A stretch of 64,000 nt of DNA from an uncultured Gemmatimonadales bacterium (GTDB taxonomy: Bacteria; Gemmatimonadota; Gemmatimonadetes; Gemmatimonadales; GWC2-71-9): positions 544,001-608,000 of the forward strand of contig CAVZZO010000003.1 in NCBI GenBank assembly GCA_963779755.1. Direction: 5' to 3'. Below are positions 62,401 to 64,000 of this stretch, piece after piece; within the stretch, counting starts at the first letter, position 1, and the number at the start of each line of letters is the position of its first letter. The notes under the pieces are model-generated. The model was not told where the DNA came from. It searched no databases and saw nothing but the letters and a program-made list of their open reading frames with translations. The translations under genes were made by a program, and so were the position numbers.

Positions 62401-64000
62401 GTATTCACTCTCCTCGGTACGGGCAGCATCTCCCCGGCCCGGTCGGGGTGTTGCGCGGCCCAGAGCACTTCGGCCACGTGCGCGGCTCGCCGTGGCGTGG
62501 TCTCTTCGATCTGGGTGCGGCAACTGAATCCGTTGGCGATGATCAGACTGTCCTCCGGCGCCTGACGCACCGCCGGGAGCAGCACCCGTTCACCGCAGGC
62601 GATCGAGATGTCGTATTTGTCATGTTCAAAACCGAACGCTCCCGCCATCCCGCAGCAGCCGGAATCCAGCACCTGATACTCCAGGCCCAGCCCGCTCAGC
62701 AGCCACTCTTCCGCATCCATCCCCATGACGGACTTGTGATGGCAGTGGCCATGGACCACCGCCCGGCGGTGCAGATGGGGGGGCTCATAGCCCTCCCGCT
62801 GCAGGAACTCGCTCAGCAGAAAGGTCTGGGCCGCCATACGGCACGCGTCCTCGTCGTGGGGCAGCATGGAGGGCAACTCATCCCGGAAGACCGCCACACA
62901 GCTGGGCTCCAGTCCCACAATGGGAGTACCGGCCTCGAGCTCGGGCCGCAGCACGCGCAGCGTTCGTTGCAGCAGGTGCTTCGCCAGTCCGAGGAAGCCG
63001 TAGTCGTAGAGCGGCCGGCCGCAGCAGACCCATTCCCGGGGCACCACCACGTGGTAGCCCGCGGTCTCCAGCGCTTCCACCGCGGCGCGGCCGGTGCGGG
63101 GGTGCCAGCTGTTGTTGAAGGTGTCGGGCCAGAGGATGACCCGCGGCCTCCCCCGGTTGGCAGGCCGGTGGCGGCGGTACCAGCGGCGGAAGGATTCGGT
63201 GGCGAACGGCGGCAACCGGCGCTCGGGCGCCGCGCCGGCCAGCGCCTTGGCCACGCGGCGCAGCCCGGGGGTCTGGGTGAAGAAGTTGGCCAGGCGGGGC
63301 AGCGCGCTCCCCAGCCGGGCGCCCCAGGGGATGAGGCCGAAGGCGTAGGCATGCCGGGGGCGCAACCGCCCTTCCCAGTAATGGGCCATGAACTCGGCCT
63401 TGTAGGTCGCCATGTCCACGCTCACGGGGCAGTCCGCCTTGCAACCCTTGCAGGCCAGGCAGAGATCCAGCGCTTCCTTCATGTGTTCATCGCGCCAGCC
63501 GCCGCCGATCACTTCGCCCTGCAACATCTCGAAGAGCAGGCGGGCACGGCCCCGGGTGGAATGCATCTCCTCGTGGGTCACCATGTAGCTGGGACACATG
63601 GTCCCACCGCCTTCCCGGCGGCACTTTCCCACGCCGACGCAGCGCAGCGCGGCGCGGCTGAAGCTTCCCTGATCCTGGGGATACTGGAACCAGGTGTCGG
63701 GCTCGGGCGGATTGTACGCGGTGCCCAGGCGCAGGTGCGCATCGGAGGGATCGGCATCGATCACCTTGCCGGGGTTCATGCGCCAATCGGGGTCCCAGAG
63801 ACTCTTGAATTCGCGGAACGCCTGGCAGAGCTCCTCCCCGAACATCCGGGGCAGCAGATCGCCGCGTGCCTGGCCGTCGCCGTGCTCGCCGGAGAGCGAG
63901 CCGCCGTAGGACACCACCAGATCGGCGGCGCGGCCGATAAACTCGAGGTAGGTGTTGATCCCGTCCCGGGTGTGAAGATCGAACGGGATGCGGCAGTGCA
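62397..64000 (-). CDS. FAD-linked oxidase / Fe-S (GlcD-GlcF/YdiJ-like) fusion, 5' part beyond the window
   Basis: SGEHGDG, MNPGK, CVGVGKC..MCPS, CLACKGC..DCP, CCG domains. Confidence 0.92.
   Translation of the reverse strand, partial: HCRIPFDLHTRDGINTYLEFIGRAADLVVSYGGSLSGEHGDGQARGDLLPRMFGEELCQAFREFKSLWDPDWRMNPGKVIDADPSDAHLRLGTAYNPPEPDTWFQYPQDQGSFSRAALRCVGVGKCRREGGGTMCPSYMVTHEEMHSTRGRARLLFEMLQGEVIGGGWRDEHMKEALDLCLACKGCKADCPVSVDMATYKAEFMAHYWEGRLRPRHAYAFGLIPWGARLGSALPRLANFFTQTPGLRRVAKALAGAAPERRLPPFATESFRRWYRRHRPANRGRPRVILWPDTFNNSWHPRTGRAAVEALETAGYHVVVPREWVCCGRPLYDYGFLGLAKHLLQRTLRVLRPELEAGTPIVGLEPSCVAVFRDELPSMLPHDEDACRMAAQTFLLSEFLQREGYEPPHLHRRAVVHGHCHHKSVMGMDAEEWLLSGLGLEYQVLDSGCCGMAGAFGFEHDKYDISIACGERVLLPAVRQAPEDSLIIANGFSCRTQIEETTPRRAAHVAEVLWAAQHPDRAGEMLPVPRRVNT

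Overview
High-GC bacterial chromosomal window. The gene content (mglBA after recR, GWxTD-domain proteins, bshB1) is consistent with a Gemmatimonadota-like organism; this is inference. It holds mostly housekeeping and envelope genes: an RND efflux operon with TetR, a MOSC protein, a very large orphan histidine kinase, a TolC-MacA-ABC export operon, bshB1-iscS-mnmA-S9 peptidase, ppk1, the dnaX-ybaB-recR-mglB-mglA-pgsA-cinA-grpE-dnaJ cluster, an M14 peptidase, pyk-MBL-pgi, a CcdA-TlpA-redoxin module, ispG and several oxidoreductases. The most notable structures are: (1) the SRP RNA gene (ffs, about 44094-44197, minus strand), whose 3' 50 nt are duplicated 2 kb downstream like an att scar. It is separated from dnaX by three GWxTD-domain paralogs (one intact, two disrupted), and the cluster is bracketed by a 30/31-nt inverted repeat with no integrase. 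(2) The SRP RNA helix-8 loop is a non-GNRA pentaloop. (3) A tandem array of four 190-194 bp MITE-like units with terminal inverted repeats plus a solo copy (8143-9187). (4) A dense DnaA-box cluster (52687-52980) with no dnaA in the window, a candidate oriC or DnaA-regulatory site. (5) Many intergenic 7-9-mer hairpin repeat families, two of which appear in-frame inside CDSs. (6) A likely CUG-initiated YihY gene, a Cys-less peroxiredoxin-like protein and a recurrent leaderless-promoter signature. Start codons were chosen by eye, and no database searches were run.
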